Assembly (NCBI RefSeq): GCF_009914755.1
Contig: NC_060948.1
Direction: 5' to 3' (one strand)
DNA: 64,000 nucleotides
Source: the human T2T-CHM13v2.0 reference genome, Homo sapiens
Shown in pieces: positions 32,302 through 47,300 of this stretch. The translations under genes and the position numbers were made by a program. Position 1 is the first letter of the stretch. The number at the start of each line of letters is the position of its first letter. The notes under the pieces are model-generated. The model had not been told where the DNA came from. It did no database searches and was given only the letters and a program-made list of their open reading frames with translations.

Positions 32302-35300
32302 AAAATGGAATCGAATGGAATGGAATTGAATGGAACGGAATAGAGTCGAATGGAATTGAATGGAATGGAATGGACTAGAGTGAAATGGAATCGAACCACA
32401 AGGAATGGACAGGAATAGAATGGTCTCGAATTGAATGGAATCGTATGGAATGGCATCAAACGGAATGGAATGGACAGCCACGGAATGGAATGCACTCGAA
32501 TGCAATGGAGTCGAAACTAATGGACTGGAATAGAATGGACTCGACTGGTACGGACTCCAATGGAATGGAATCGAATGCAAGGGAATCGAACGGAATGGAC
32601 TCGAAGGGAAAAGACTGCAATGGAAAGGTCTCGAATGGAATGGAAATTAATGGAATGGATTGGAATCGAATGAAATGGAGTCAAAAGGAATGGAATCGAA
32701 TGGCAAGAAATCAAATGTAATGGAATCGCAAGGAATTGATGTGAACGGAACGGAATGGAATGGAATCCAAAGGAATGGAATAGAATGGAATGGAATCGAA
32801 TGGAAAGGACTCGAATGGAAATCACTCGAATAGAATGCAATTTAATAAAATAGGATCAAATGTAATGGAATGGAATGGAAAGGAATCGAAACGAAAGGAA
32901 TGGAGACAGATGGAATGGAATGGAACAGAGAGCAATGGTATAGAATGGAATGGAATCATCTGGAATGGAATTGAATGGAATGGAATAACATGAAATGGAA
33001 TGGAATGGAATGGAATGCCCTTGAATTAAATGGACTGGAATGGAATGGACTCGAACAGAGTGGAATGGAAAGTGTTGAAATATAATGGAATGGACTCCTT
33101 TGGAATGGTCTAGTGTGCAATGCAATCGACTGGCAGGGAATCAAAAGGAATGTAATCGAATGGATTGGACTGGAATGCAATGGATTCGAATAGATTGGAA
33201 ACGGAATGCAAAGGAATGGAATGGAATAGTATGGAATGGAATGGAAAGTAATGGAGTGGAATAGACTAGAGTGGAATGGAATGGACTGGAAAGCAATGGA
33301 CTGGAATGGAACTTTCTTGAATGGAGTGGAATCAAACGGAATGGAATGCACTGCAATCAAATGGCATGGAATAAAATAGAATGAAAGAGAATCAAACGGA
33401 ATTGAATCGAATGGAATCGAATGGATTGGAAAGGAATAGAATGGAATGGAATGGAATTGACTCAAATGGAATGGACTAGAATGGAATGGATTCGAATGGA
33501 AGGCAAAGGAATGGAATCTATTGGAATGGACTGTAATGGAATGGAATGGAAGGGATTGGAATGGACTCGAATGGAATGGACTGCAATAGAAAGGATTCGA
33601 ATGGAATGAAAAAGAATTGAATGGAATAGAACAGAATGGAATCAAATCGAATGAAATTGAATGGAATAGTAAGGAATGGAATGAAATGGAATGGAAAGGA
33701 TTCGAATGGAATGCAATCGAATGGAATGCAATCGAATGGAATGGAATCGAACGGAATGGAATAAAATGGAAGAAAACTGGCAAGAAATGGAATCGAAATG
33801 AATGGAGTGTTATGGAACGGACTCAAAAGGAATTGAATGTAATAGAATGGAGTGGAGTGGACTCGAATATAATGGACTGGAATGGAATGAAATCACATGG
33901 AATGGGAACGAATGGAATGGAATGGAAAGGAATGGAATCGAATGGAAAGGAATCGAATGGAAGGGAATGAAATTGAATCAACAGGAATGGAAGGGAATAG
34001 AATAGACGGTAATGGAATGGACTCGAATAGAATGGACACGAATGCTCACATTGAATGGACTCGAGTGGAATGGAAACGAAACGAATGTCATCGAATGGAA
34101 TTGAATCGATTGGAATGAAATCGCATAGAATGGACTGGAATCAAATGGAATTGAGTCGAAAGGAAAGGAAGCGAATGGACTGAAATGAAATGGAATGGAA
34201 TTGAATGGAAAGTAATGCAATGGAATAGAATGGAACGAAATTTCACGGAATGGAATCAAACTGAATGGAATCAAATCAATGGAATATAATCAAATGGAAT
34301 GGAAAGGAATTGAATGGAGTAGATGGGACTGGATGGGATTGGAATGAAATGTACTGGAAAGGACTCGAATTTCATGAAACGGAATGGAATGAATTGGAAC
34401 GGAATGGACTCGATTGGAATGGAATGTCATGGAATGGCATCAAATGGAATGGAATCGAATGCAATGGAATGCTATGGAATGGAATGGAATGCATTGGAAT
34501 GGAATGTCCTCTAATGGAATGGATTCGAGTGGAATGGAATCGAATATAATGGAGTCGAATGAAATGGAATTGAAAGGAATGGGATCGAATACAATGGAAT
34601 ATACTGGAATGTAACGTAATGAACTCGAATGTAATTGACTGGAATGGAATGTACATGAATGGAATGTAATCGAATGGAAAGTAATCCAATGGAATAGAAT
34701 CTAATGCAATAAAATCGACTCAAATAGAATAGAATGGAATGGAATGGAGTGCAGTGCAATGGAATGGAAGGGAATGGAATGCAATGGAATGGAATGTAAT
34801 GTAATGGAATGGAATGGGATGGAATGGTATGGAATGGATAGTAATGGACTGGAGTGAAATGGACTGGAAAGGAATGGACTCAAATTGAAAGGGCTCGAAA
34901 GGAATGCAGTCAAATGGAATGATCTGGAATGGAATGAACACGAATGTAATGCAATCCAATAGAATGGAATCGAATGGCATGGAATATAAAGAAATGGAAT
35001 CGAAGAGAATGGAAACAAATGGAATGGAATTGAATGGAATGGAATTGAATGGAATGAGAATGAATGGAGTGAAATTGTATGCAGTAGAAGAGAATAGAAT
35101 GGAATGCAAGCGAAAGGAAAGGAATGGATTGGAATGGAATGGAATTCATTGGAATGGAAGGGAATGTAGTGTAATGGACAGGCCTGGAATAAAGTGGAAT
35201 GCTACGGTCTCGAATGGAATAAAAATGTATGGAATGGAATGCAATGAAACGGAATCGAATGTCATAGAATGTAATGGAATGCAAAAAAATGGAATCCAAA

Positions 35301-38300
35301 ATCATTGACTGGAAAGGCTGGGTGTCGAAAGGAATTGACTCCAATGGAATGGAATCGAATGGAATGGAAGTGAATAGAATCGAACTAAATCGAATGGAAT
35401 GGAATTGATAGGAACGGAATGGAAAGGAATGCAATGATTTGGCATGGAATGGAATCGAATGGCATCGAATGGAATGGAATGGAATGCAATGGAATGGAAT
35501 GTATTAGAATGTAATGAACTTTAATGGAATGTACTCGAATGGATTCGACTGGAATGGAATGTTCTGGAAGTGAATGGACTCCAATGGAATGGATTCGAAA
35601 GGAATGGAATCGTACGGAATGGAATCTAATGGAATGGAATTAAATGGAAATGAATCAAATTGAATAGCACGGAACTGAATTGAATGGAATCGAATGCAAT
35701 GGAATCTAATGAAACGGAAAGGAAAGGAATGGAATGGAATGGAATGGGCTGGAATGGAATGGAATCGAACTGAAGAGACTGGAATGGAATGCACTGGAAT
35801 GGAAGGGAGTGTAATGGAAGGTTCTCGAAAAAAATGGAATCGAATGGAATGGAATTGAATGGAACGGAATAGAGTCGAATGGAATTGAATGGAATGGAAT
35901 GGACTAGAGTGAAATGGAATCGAACCACAAGGAATGGACAGGAATAGAATGGTCTCGAATTGAATGGAATCGTATGGAATGGCATCAAACGGAATGGAAT
36001 GGACAGCCACGGAATGGAATGCACTCGAATGCAATGGAGTCGAAACTAATGGACTGGAATAGAATGGACTCGACTGGTACGGACTCCAATGGAATGGAAT
36101 CGAATGGAAGGGAATCGAACGGAAGGGAATCGAACGGAATGGACTCGAAGGGAAAAGACTGCAATGGAAAGGTCTCGAATGGAATGGAAATTAATGGAAT
36201 GGAATGGAATCGAATGAAATGGAGTCAAAAGTAATGGAATCGAATGGCAAGAAATCGAATGTAATGGAATCGCAAGGAATTGATGTGAACGGAACGGAAT
36301 GGAATGGAATCCAAAGGAATGGAATAGAATGGAATGGAATCGAATGGAAAGGACTCGAATGGAAATCACTCGAATAGAATGCAATTTAATAAAATAGGAT
36401 CAAATGTAATGGAATGGAATGGAAAGGAATCGAAACGAAAGGAATGGAGACAGATGGAATGGAATGGAACAGAGAGCAATGGTATAGAATGGAATGGAAT
36501 CATCTGGAATGGAATTGAATGGAATGGAATAACATGAAATGGAATGGAATGGAATGGAATGCCTTTGAATTAAATGGACTGGAATGGAATGGTCTCGAAC
36601 AGAGTGGAATGGAAAGTGTTGGAATAGAATGGAATGGACTCGTTTGGAATGGTGTAGTATGCAATGCAATCGACTGGCAGGGAATCAAAAGGAATGTAAT
36701 CGAATGGATTGGACTGGAATGCAATGGACTCGAATAGATTGGAAACGGAATGCAAAGGAATGGAATGGAATAGTATGGAATGGAATGGTAAGGAATGGAG
36801 TGGAATAGACTAGAGTGGAATGGAATGGACTGGAAAGCAATGGACTGGAATGGAACTTTCTTGAATGGACTGGAATCAAACGGAATGGAATGCAATGCAA
36901 TCAAATGGCATGGAATAAAATAGAATGAAAGAGAATCAAATGGAATTGAATCGAATGGAATCGAATGGATTGGAAAGGAATAGAATGGAATGGAATGGAA
37001 TTGACTCAAATGGAATGGACTAGAATGGAATGGATTCGAATGGAAGGCAAAGGAATGGAATCTATTGGAATGGACTGTAATGGAATGGAATGGAAGGGAT
37101 TGGAATGGACTCGAATGGAATGGACTGCAATAGAAAGGATTCGAATGGAATGAAAAAGAATTGAATGGAATAGAACAGAATGGAATGAAATCGAATGAAA
37201 TGGAATGGAATAGAAAGGAATGGAATGAAATGGAATGGAAAGGATTCGAATGGAATGCAATCGAATGGAATGGAATCGAACGGAATGGAATAAAATGGAA
37301 GAAAACTGGCAAGAAATGGAATCGAAATGAATGGAGTGTTATGGATCGGACTCAAAAGGAATTGAATGTAATAGAATGGAGTGGAGTGGACTCGAATATA
37401 ATGGACTGGAATGGAATGAAATCACATGGAATGGGAACGAATGGAATGGAATGGAAAGGAATGGAATCGAATGGAAAGGAATCGAATGGAAGGGAATGAA
37501 ATTGAATCAACAGGAATGGAAGGGAGTAGAATAGACGGTAATGGAATGGACTCGAATAGAATGGACACGAATGCTCAAATTGAATGGACTCGAATGGAAT
37601 GGAAACGAAAGGAATGTCATCGAATGGAATTGAATCGGTTGGAATGAAATCGCATAGAATGGAGTGGAATCAAATGGAATTGAATCGAAAGGAAAGGAAG
37701 CGAATGGACTGAAATGAAATGGAATGGAATTGAATGGAAAGTAATGCAATGGAATAGAATGGAACGAAATTTCACGGAATGGAATCAAACTGAATGGAAT
37801 CAAATCAATGGAATATAATCAAATGGAATGGAAAGGAATTGAATGGAGTAGATTGGGTTGGATGGGATTGGAATTAAATGGAATGGAAAGGACTCGAATT
37901 TCATGAAACGGAATGGAATGAATTGGAACGGAATGGACTCGAATGGAATGGAATGACATGGAATGGCAAGAAATGGAATGGCATCAAAGGGAATGGAATC
38001 GAATGCAATGGAATGCTATGGAATGGAATGGAATGCATTGGAATGGAATGTCCTCTAATGGAATGGATTCGAGTGGAATGGAATCTAATATAATGGAGTC
38101 GAATGAAATGGAATTGAAAGGAATGGGATCGAATACAATGGAATATACTGGAATGTAATGTAAAGAACTCGAATGTAATTGAATGGAAAGGAATGTACAT
38201 GAATGGAATGTAATCGAATGGAAAGTAATCCAATGGAATAGTATCTAATGTAATAAAATCGACTCAGATAGAGTAGAATGTAATGGAATGGAGTGTAGTG

Positions 38301-41300
38301 CAATGGAATGGAATGGAATGGAATGCAATGGAATGGAAAGGAATGGAATGGAATGGAATGGAATGGGATGGAATGGTATGGAATGGATAGTAATGGACTG
38401 GAGTGAAATGGACTGGAAAGGAATGGAATCAAATTGAAAGGTCTCGAAAGGAATGGAGTCAAAAGGAATGGTGTGGAATGGAATGAACACGAATGTAATG
38501 CAATCCAATAGAATGGAGTCGAATGGCATGGAATATAAAGAAATGGAATCGAAGAGAATGGAAACAAATGGAATGGAATTGAATGGAATGGAATTGAATG
38601 GAATGGGAAGGAATGGAGTGAAATTGTATGCAGTAGAAGAGAATAGAATGGAATGCAAGCAAAAGGAAAGGAATGGATTGGAATGGAATGGAATTCATTG
38701 GAATGGAAGGGAATGTAGTGTAATGGACAGGCCTGGAATAAAGTGGAATGCTACGGTCTCGAATGGAATAAAAATGTATGGAATGGAATGCAATGAAACG
38801 GAATCGAATGTCATAGAATGTAATGGAATACAAAAAAATGGAATCCAAAATCATTGACTGGAAAGGCTGGGTGTCGAAAGGAATTGACTCCAATGGAATG
38901 GAATCGAATGGAATGGAAGTGAATAGAATCGAACTAAATCGAATGGAATGGAATTGATAGGAACGGAATGGAAAGGAATGCAATGATTTGGCATGGAATG
39001 GAATCGAATGGCATCGAATGGAATGGAATGGAATGCAATGGAATGGAATGTATTAGAATGTAATGAACTTTAATGGAATGTACTCGAATGGATTCGACTG
39101 GAATGGAATGTTCTGGAAGTGAATGGACTCCAATGGAATGGATTCCAAAGGAATGGAATCGTACGGAATGGAATCTAATGGAATGGAATTAAATGGAAAT
39201 GAATCAAATTGAATAGCACGGAATTGAATTGAATGGAATCGAATGCAATGGAATCTAATGAAACGGAAAGGAAAGGAATGGAATGGAATGGAATGGGCTG
39301 GAATGGAAAGGAATCGAAACGAATGGAATGGAATCGAACTGAAGAGACTGGAATGGAATGCACTGGAATGGAAGGGAGTGTAATGGAAGGTTCTCGAAAA
39401 AAATGGAATCGAATGGAATGGAATTGAATGGAACGGAATAGAGTCGAATGGAATTGAATGGAATGGAATGGACTAGAGTGAAATGGAATCGAACCACAAG
39501 GAATGGACAGGAATAAAATGGTCTCGAATTGAATGGAATCGTATGGAATGGCATCAAACGGAATGGAATGGACAGCCACGGAATGGAATGCACTCGAATG
39601 CAATGGAGTCGAAACTAATGGACTGGAATAGAATGGACTCGACTCGTACGGACTCCAATGGAATGGAATCGAATGGAAGGGAATCGAACGGAAGGGAATC
39701 GAACGGAATGGACTCGAAGGGAAAAGACTGCAATGGAAAGGTCTCGAATGGAATGGAAATTAATGGAATGGAATGGAATCGAATGAAATGGAGTCAAAAG
39801 GAATGGAATCGAATGGCAAGAAATCGAATGTAATGGAATCGCAAGGAATTGATGTGAACGGAACGGAATGGAATGGAATCCAAAGGAATGGAATAGAATG
39901 GAATGGAATCGAATGGAAAGGACTCGAATGGAAATCACTCGAATAGAATGCAATTTAATAAAATAGGATCAAATGTAATGGAATGGAATGGAAAGGAATC
40001 GAAACGAAAGGAATGGAGACAGATGGAATGGAATGGAACAGAGAGCAATGGTATAGAATGGAATGGAATCATCTGGAATGGAATTGAATGGAATGGAATA
40101 ATATGAAATGGAATGGAATGGAATGGAATGTCCTTGAATTAAATGGACTGGAATGGAATGGACTCGAACAGAGTGGAATGGAAAGTGTTGAAATAGAATG
40201 GAATGGACTCGTTTGGAATGGTGTAGTATGCAATGCAATCGACTGGCAGGGAATCAAAAGGAATGTAATCGAATGGATTGGACTGGAATGCAATGGACTC
40301 GAATAGATTGGAAGCGGAATGCAAAGGAATGGAATGGAATAGTATGGAATGGAATGGAAAGGAATGGAGTGGAATAGACTAGAGTGGAATGGAATGGACT
40401 CGAAAGCAATGGACTGGAATGGAACTTTCTTGAATGGACTGGAATCAAACGGAATGGAATGCAATGCAATCAAATGGCATGGAATAAAATAGAATGAAAG
40501 AGAATCAAACGGAATTGAATCGAATGGAATCGAATGGATTGGAAAGGAATAGAATGGAATGGAATGGAATTGACTCAAATGGAATGGACTAGAATGGAAT
40601 GGATTCGAATGGAAGGCAAAGGAATGGAATCTATTGGAATGGACTGTAATGGAATGGAATGGAAGGGATTGGAATGGACTCGAATGGAATGGACTGCAAT
40701 AGAAAGGATTCGAATGGAATGAAAAAGAATTGAATGGAATAGAACAGAATGGAATCAAACCTCATGAAATAGAATGGAATAGAAAGGAATGGAATGAAAT
40801 CGAATGGAAAGGATTCGAATGGAATGCAATCGAATGGAATGCAATCGAATGGAATGGAATCGAACGGAATGGAATAAAATGGAAGAAAACTGGCAAGAAA
40901 TGGAATCGAAATGAATGGAGTGTTAAGGAACGGACTCAAAAGGAATTGAATGTAATAGAATGGAGTGGAGTGGACTCGAATATAATGGACTGGAATGGAA
41001 TGAAATCACATGGAATGGGAACGAATGGAATGGAATGGAAAGGAATGGAATCGAATGGAAAGGAATCGAATGGAAGGGAATGAAATTGAATCAACAGGAA
41101 TGGAAGGGAATAGAATAGACGGTAATGGAATGGACTCGAATAGAATGGACACGAATGCTCAAATTGAATGGACTCGAATGGAATGGAAATGAAAGGAATG
41201 TCATCGAATGCAATTCAATCGATTGGAATGAAATCGCATAGGATGGAGTGGAATCAAATGGAATTGAATCGAAAGGAAAAGAAGCGAATTGACTGAAATG

Positions 41301-44300
41301 AAATGGAATGGAATTGAATGGAAAGTAATGCAACGGAATAGAATGGAATGAAATTTCACGGAATGGAATCAAACTGAATGGAATCAAATCAATGGAATAT
41401 AATCAAATGGAATGGAAAGGAATTGAATGGAGTAGATTGTATTGGATGGGATTGGAATGAAATGTACTGGAAAGGACTCGAATTTCATGAAACGGAATGG
41501 AATGTATTAGAACGGAATGGACTCGAATGGAATTGAATGTCACGGAATGGCATCAAATGGAATGGCATCAATTGGAATGGAATCGAATGCAATGGAATGC
41601 TATGGAATGGAATGGAATGCATTGGAATGGAATGTCCTCTAATGGAATGGATTCGAGTGGAATGGAATCGAATATAATGGAGTCTAATGAAATGGAATTG
41701 AAAGGAATGGGATCCAATACAATGGAATATACTGGAATGTAATGTAATGAACTCGAATGTAATTGACTGGAATGGAATGTACATGAGTGGAATGTAATCG
41801 AATGGAAAGTAATCCAATGGAATAGAATCTAATGCAATAAAATCGACTCAAATAGAGTAGAATGTAATGGAATGGAGTGCAGTGCAATGGAATGGAATGG
41901 AATGGGATGGAATGGTATGGAATGGATAGTAATGGACTGGAGTGAAATGGACTGGAAAATAATGGACTCAAATTGAAAGGGCTCGAAAGGAATGGAGTCA
42001 AATGGAATGGTCTGGAATGGAATGAACACGAATGTAATGCAATCCAATAGAATGGAATCGAATGGCATGGAATATAAAGAAATGGAATCGAAGAGAATGG
42101 AAACAAATGGAATGGAATTGAATGGAATGGAATTGAATGGAATGGGAACGAATGGAGTGAAATTGTATGCAGTAGAAGAGAATAGAATGGAATGCAAGCG
42201 AAAGGAAAGGAATGGATTGGAATGGAATGGAATTCATTGGAATGGAAGGGAATGTAGTGTAATGGACAGGCCTGTAATAAAGTGGAATGCTACGGTCTCG
42301 AATGGAATAAAAATGTATGGAATGGAATGCAATGAAACGGAATCGAATGTCATAGAAGTAATGGAATGCAAAAAAATGGACTCCAAAATCATTGACTGGA
42401 AAGGCTGGGTGTCGAAAGGAATTTACTCCAATGGAATGGAATCGAATGGAATGGAAGTGAATAGAATCGAACTAAATCGAATGGAATGGAATTGATAGGA
42501 ACGGAATGGAAAGGAATGCAATGATTTCGCATGGAATGGAATCGAATGGCATCGAATGGAATGGAATGGAATGCAATGGAATGGAATGTATTAAAATGTA
42601 ATGAACTTTAATGGAATGTACTCGAATGGATTCGACTGGAATGGAATGTTCTCGAAGTGAATGGACTCCAATGGAATGGATTCGAAAGGAATGGAATCTA
42701 ATGGAATGGAATTAAATGGAAATGAATCAAATTTAATAGAACGGAATTGAATTGAATGGAATCGAATGCAATGGAATCTAATGAAACGGAAAGGAAAGGA
42801 ATGGAATGGAATGGAATGGAATGGGCTGGAATGGAATGGAATCGAAACGAATGGAATGGAATCGAACTGAAGAGACTGGAATGGAATACACTGGAATGGA
42901 AGGGAATGTAATGGAAGGTTCTCGAAAAAAATGTAATTGAAAGGAATGGAATTGAGTGGAACGGAATAGAGTCGAATGGAATTCAATGGAATGGAATGGA
43001 CTAGAGTGAAATGGAATCGAACCACAAGGAATGGACAGGAATAGAATGGTCTCGAATTGAATGGAATCGTATGGAATGGCATCAAACGGAATGGAATGGA
43101 CAGCCACGGAATGGAATGCACTCGAATGCAATGGAGTCGAAACTAATGGACTGGAATAGAATGGACTCGACTGGTACGGACTCCAATGGAATGGAATCGA
43201 ATGGAAGGGAATCGAACGGAATGGACTCGAAGGGAAAAGACTGCAATGGAAAGGTCTCGAATGGAACGGAAATTAATGGAATGGAATGGAATCGAATGAA
43301 ATGGAGTCAAAAGGAATGGAATCGAATGGCAAGAAATCGAATGTAATGGAATCGCAAGGAATTGATGTGAACGGAACGGAATGGAATGGAATCCAAAGGA
43401 ATGGAATAGAATGGAATGGAATCGAATGGAAAGGACTCGAATGGAAATCACTCGAATAGAATGCAATTTAATAAAATAGGATCAAATGTAATGGAATGGA
43501 ATGGAAAGGAATCGAAACGAAAGGAATGGAGACAGATGGAATGGAATGGAACAGAGAGCAATGGTATAGAATGGAATGGAATCATCTGGAATGGAATTGA
43601 ATGGAATGGAATAACATGAAATGGAATGGAATGGAATGGAATGCCTTTGAATTAAATGGACTGGAATGGAATGGTCTCGAACAGAGTGGAATGGAAAGTG
43701 TTGGAATAGAATGGAATGGACTCGTTTGGAATGGTGTAGTATGCAATGCAATCGACTGGCAGGGAATCAAAAGGAATGTAATCGAATGGATTGGACTGGA
43801 ATGCAATGGACTCGAATAGATTGGAAACGGAATGCAAAGGAATGGAATGGAATAGTATGGAATGGAATGGAAAGGAATGGAGTGGAATAGACTAGAGTGG
43901 AATGGAATGGACTGGAAAGCAATGGACTGGAATGGAACTTTCTTGAATGGACTGGAATCAAACGGAATGGAATGCAATGCAATCAAATGGCATGGAATAA
44001 AATAGAATGAAAGAGAATCAAATGGAATTGAATCGAATGGAATCGAATGGATTGGAAAGGAATAGAATGGAATGGAATGGAATTGACTCAAATGGAATGG
44101 ACTAGAATGGAATGGATTCGAATGGAAGGCAAAGGAATGGAATCTATTGGAATGGACTGTAATGGAATGGAATGGAAGGGATTGGAATGGACTCGAATGG
44201 AATGGACTGCAATAGAAAGGATTCGAATGGAATGAAAAAGAATTGAATGGAATAGAACAGAATGGAATCAAATCGAATGAAATGGAATGGAATAGAAAGG

Positions 44301-47300
44301 AATGGAATGAAATGGAATGGAAAGGATTCGAATGGAATGCAATCGAATGGAATGGAATCGAACGGAATGGAATAAAATGGAAGAAAACTGGCAAGAAATG
44401 GAATCGAAATGAATGGAGTGTTATGGATCGGACTCAAAAGGAATTGAATGTAATAGAATGGAGTGGAGTGGACTCGAATATAATGGACTGGAATGGAATG
44501 AAATCACATGGAATGGGAACGAATGGAATGGAATGGAAAGGAATGGAATCGAATGGAAAGGAATCGAATGGAAGGGAATGAAATTGAATCAACAGGAATG
44601 GAAGGGAGTAGAATAGACGGTAATGGAATGGACTCGAATACAATGGACACGAATGCTCAAATTGAATGGACTCGAATGGAATGGAAACGAAAGGAATGTC
44701 ATTCAATGGAATTGAATCGGTTGGAATGAAATCGCATAGAATGGAGTGGAATCAAATGGAATTGAATCGAAAGGAAAGGAAGCGAATGGACTGAAATGAA
44801 ATGGAATGGAATTGAATGGAAAGTAATGCAATGGAATAGAATGGAACGAAATTTCACGGAATGGAATCAAACTGAATGGAATCAAATCAATGGAATATAA
44901 TCAAATGGAATGGAAAGGAATTGAATGGAGTAGATTGGGTTGGATGGGATTGGAATGAAATGGAATGGAAAGGACTCGAATTTCATGAAACGGAATGGAA
45001 TGAATTGGAACGGAATGGACTCGAATGGAATGGAATGACATGGAATGGCAAGAAATGGAATGGCATCAAAGGGAATGGAATCGAATGCAATGGAATGCTA
45101 TGGAATGGAATGGAATGCATTGGAATGGAATGTCCTCTAATGGAATGGATTCGAGTGGAATGGAATCTAATATAATGGAGTCGAATGAAATGGAATTGAA
45201 AGGAATGGGATCGAATACAATGGAATATACTGGAATGTAATGTAAAGAACTCGAATGTAATTGAATGGAAAGGAATGTACATGAATGGAATGTAATCGAA
45301 TGGAAAGTAATCCAATGGAATAGTATCTAATCTAATAAAATCGACTCAGATAGAGTAGAATGTAATGGAATGGAGTGTAGTGCAATGGAATGGAATGGAA
45401 TGGAATGCAATGGAATGGAAAGGAATGGAATGCAATGGAATGGAATGGGATGGAATGGTATGGAATGGATAGTAATGGACTGGAGTGAAATGGACTGGAA
45501 AGGAATGGACTCAAATTGAAAGGTCTCGAAAGGAATGGAGTCAAAAGGAATGGTCTGGAATGGAATGAACACGAATGTAATGCAATCCAATAGAATGGAG
45601 TCGAATGGCATGGAATATAAAGAAATGGAATCGAAGAGAATGGAAACAAATGGAATGGAATTGAATGGAATGGAATTGAATGGAATGGGAAGGAATGGAG
45701 TGAAATTGTATGCAGTAGAAGAGAATAGAATGGAATGCAAGCGAAAGGAAAGGAATGGATTGGAATGGAATGGAATTCATTGGAATGGAAGGGAATGTAG
45801 TGTAATGGACAGGCCTGGAATAAAGTGGAATGCTACGGTCTCGAATGGAATAAAAATGTATGGAATGGAATGCAATGAAACGGAATCGAATGTCATAGAA
45901 TGTAATGGAATGCAAAAAAATGGACTCCAAAATCATTGACTGGAAAGGCTGGGTGTCGAAAGGAATTGACTCCAATGGAATGGAATCGAATGGAATGGAA
46001 GTGAATAGAATCGAACTAAATCGAATGGAATGGAATTGATAGGAACGGAATGGAAAGGAATGCAATGATTTGGCATGGAATGGAATCGAATGGCATCGAA
46101 TGGAATGGAATGGAATGCAATGGAATGGAATGTATTAGAATGTAATGAACTTTAATGGAATGTACTCGAATGGATTCGACTGGAATGGAATGTTCTGGAA
46201 GTGAATGGACTCCAATGGAATGGATTCAAAAGGAATGGAATCGTACGGAATGGAATCTAATGGAATGGAATTAAATGGAAATGAATCAAATTGAATAGCA
46301 CGGAATTGAATTGAATGGAATCGAATGCAATGGAATCTAATGAAACGGAAAGGAAAGGAATGGAATGGAATGGAATGGGCTGGAATGGAAAGGAATCGAA
46401 ACGAATGGAATGGAATCGAACTGAAGAGACTGGAATGGAATGCACTGGAATGGAAGGGAGTGTAATGGAAGGTTCTCGAAAAAAATGGAATCGAATGGAA
46501 TGGAATTGAATGGAACGGAATAGAGTCGAATGGAATTGAATGGAATGGAATGGACTAGAGTGAAATGGAATCGAACCACAAGGAATGGACAGGAATAGAA
46601 TGGTCTCGAATTGAATGGAATCGTATGGAATGGCATCAAACGGAATGGAATGGACAGCCACGGAATGGAATGCACTCGAATGCAATGGAGTCGAAACTAA
46701 TGGACTGGAATAGAATGGACTCGACTGGTACGGACTCCAATGGAATGGAATCGAATGGAAGGGAATCGAACGGAAGGGAATCGAACGGAATGGACTCGAA
46801 GGGAAAAGACTGCAATGGAAAGGTCTCGAATGGAATGGAAATTAATGGAATGGAATGGAATCGAATGAAATGGAGTCAAAAGGAATGGAATCGAATGGCA
46901 AGAAATCGAATGTAATGGAATCGCAAGGAATTGATGTGAACGTAACGGAATGGAATGGAATCCAAAGGAATGGAATAGAATGGAATGGAATCGAATGGAA
47001 AGGACTCGAATGGAAATCACTCGAATAGAATGCAATTTAATAAAATAGGATCAAATGTAATGGAATGGAATGGAAAGGAATCGAAACGAAAGGAATGGAG
47101 ACAGATGGAATGGAATGGAACAGAGAGCAATGGTATAGAATGGAATGGAATCATCTGGAATGGAATTGAATGGAATGGAATAATATGAAATGGAATGGAA
47201 TGGAATGGAATGTCCTTGAATTAAATGGACTGGAATGGAATGGACTCGAACAGAGTGGAATGGAAAGTGTTGAAATAGAATGGAATGGACTCGTTTGGAA

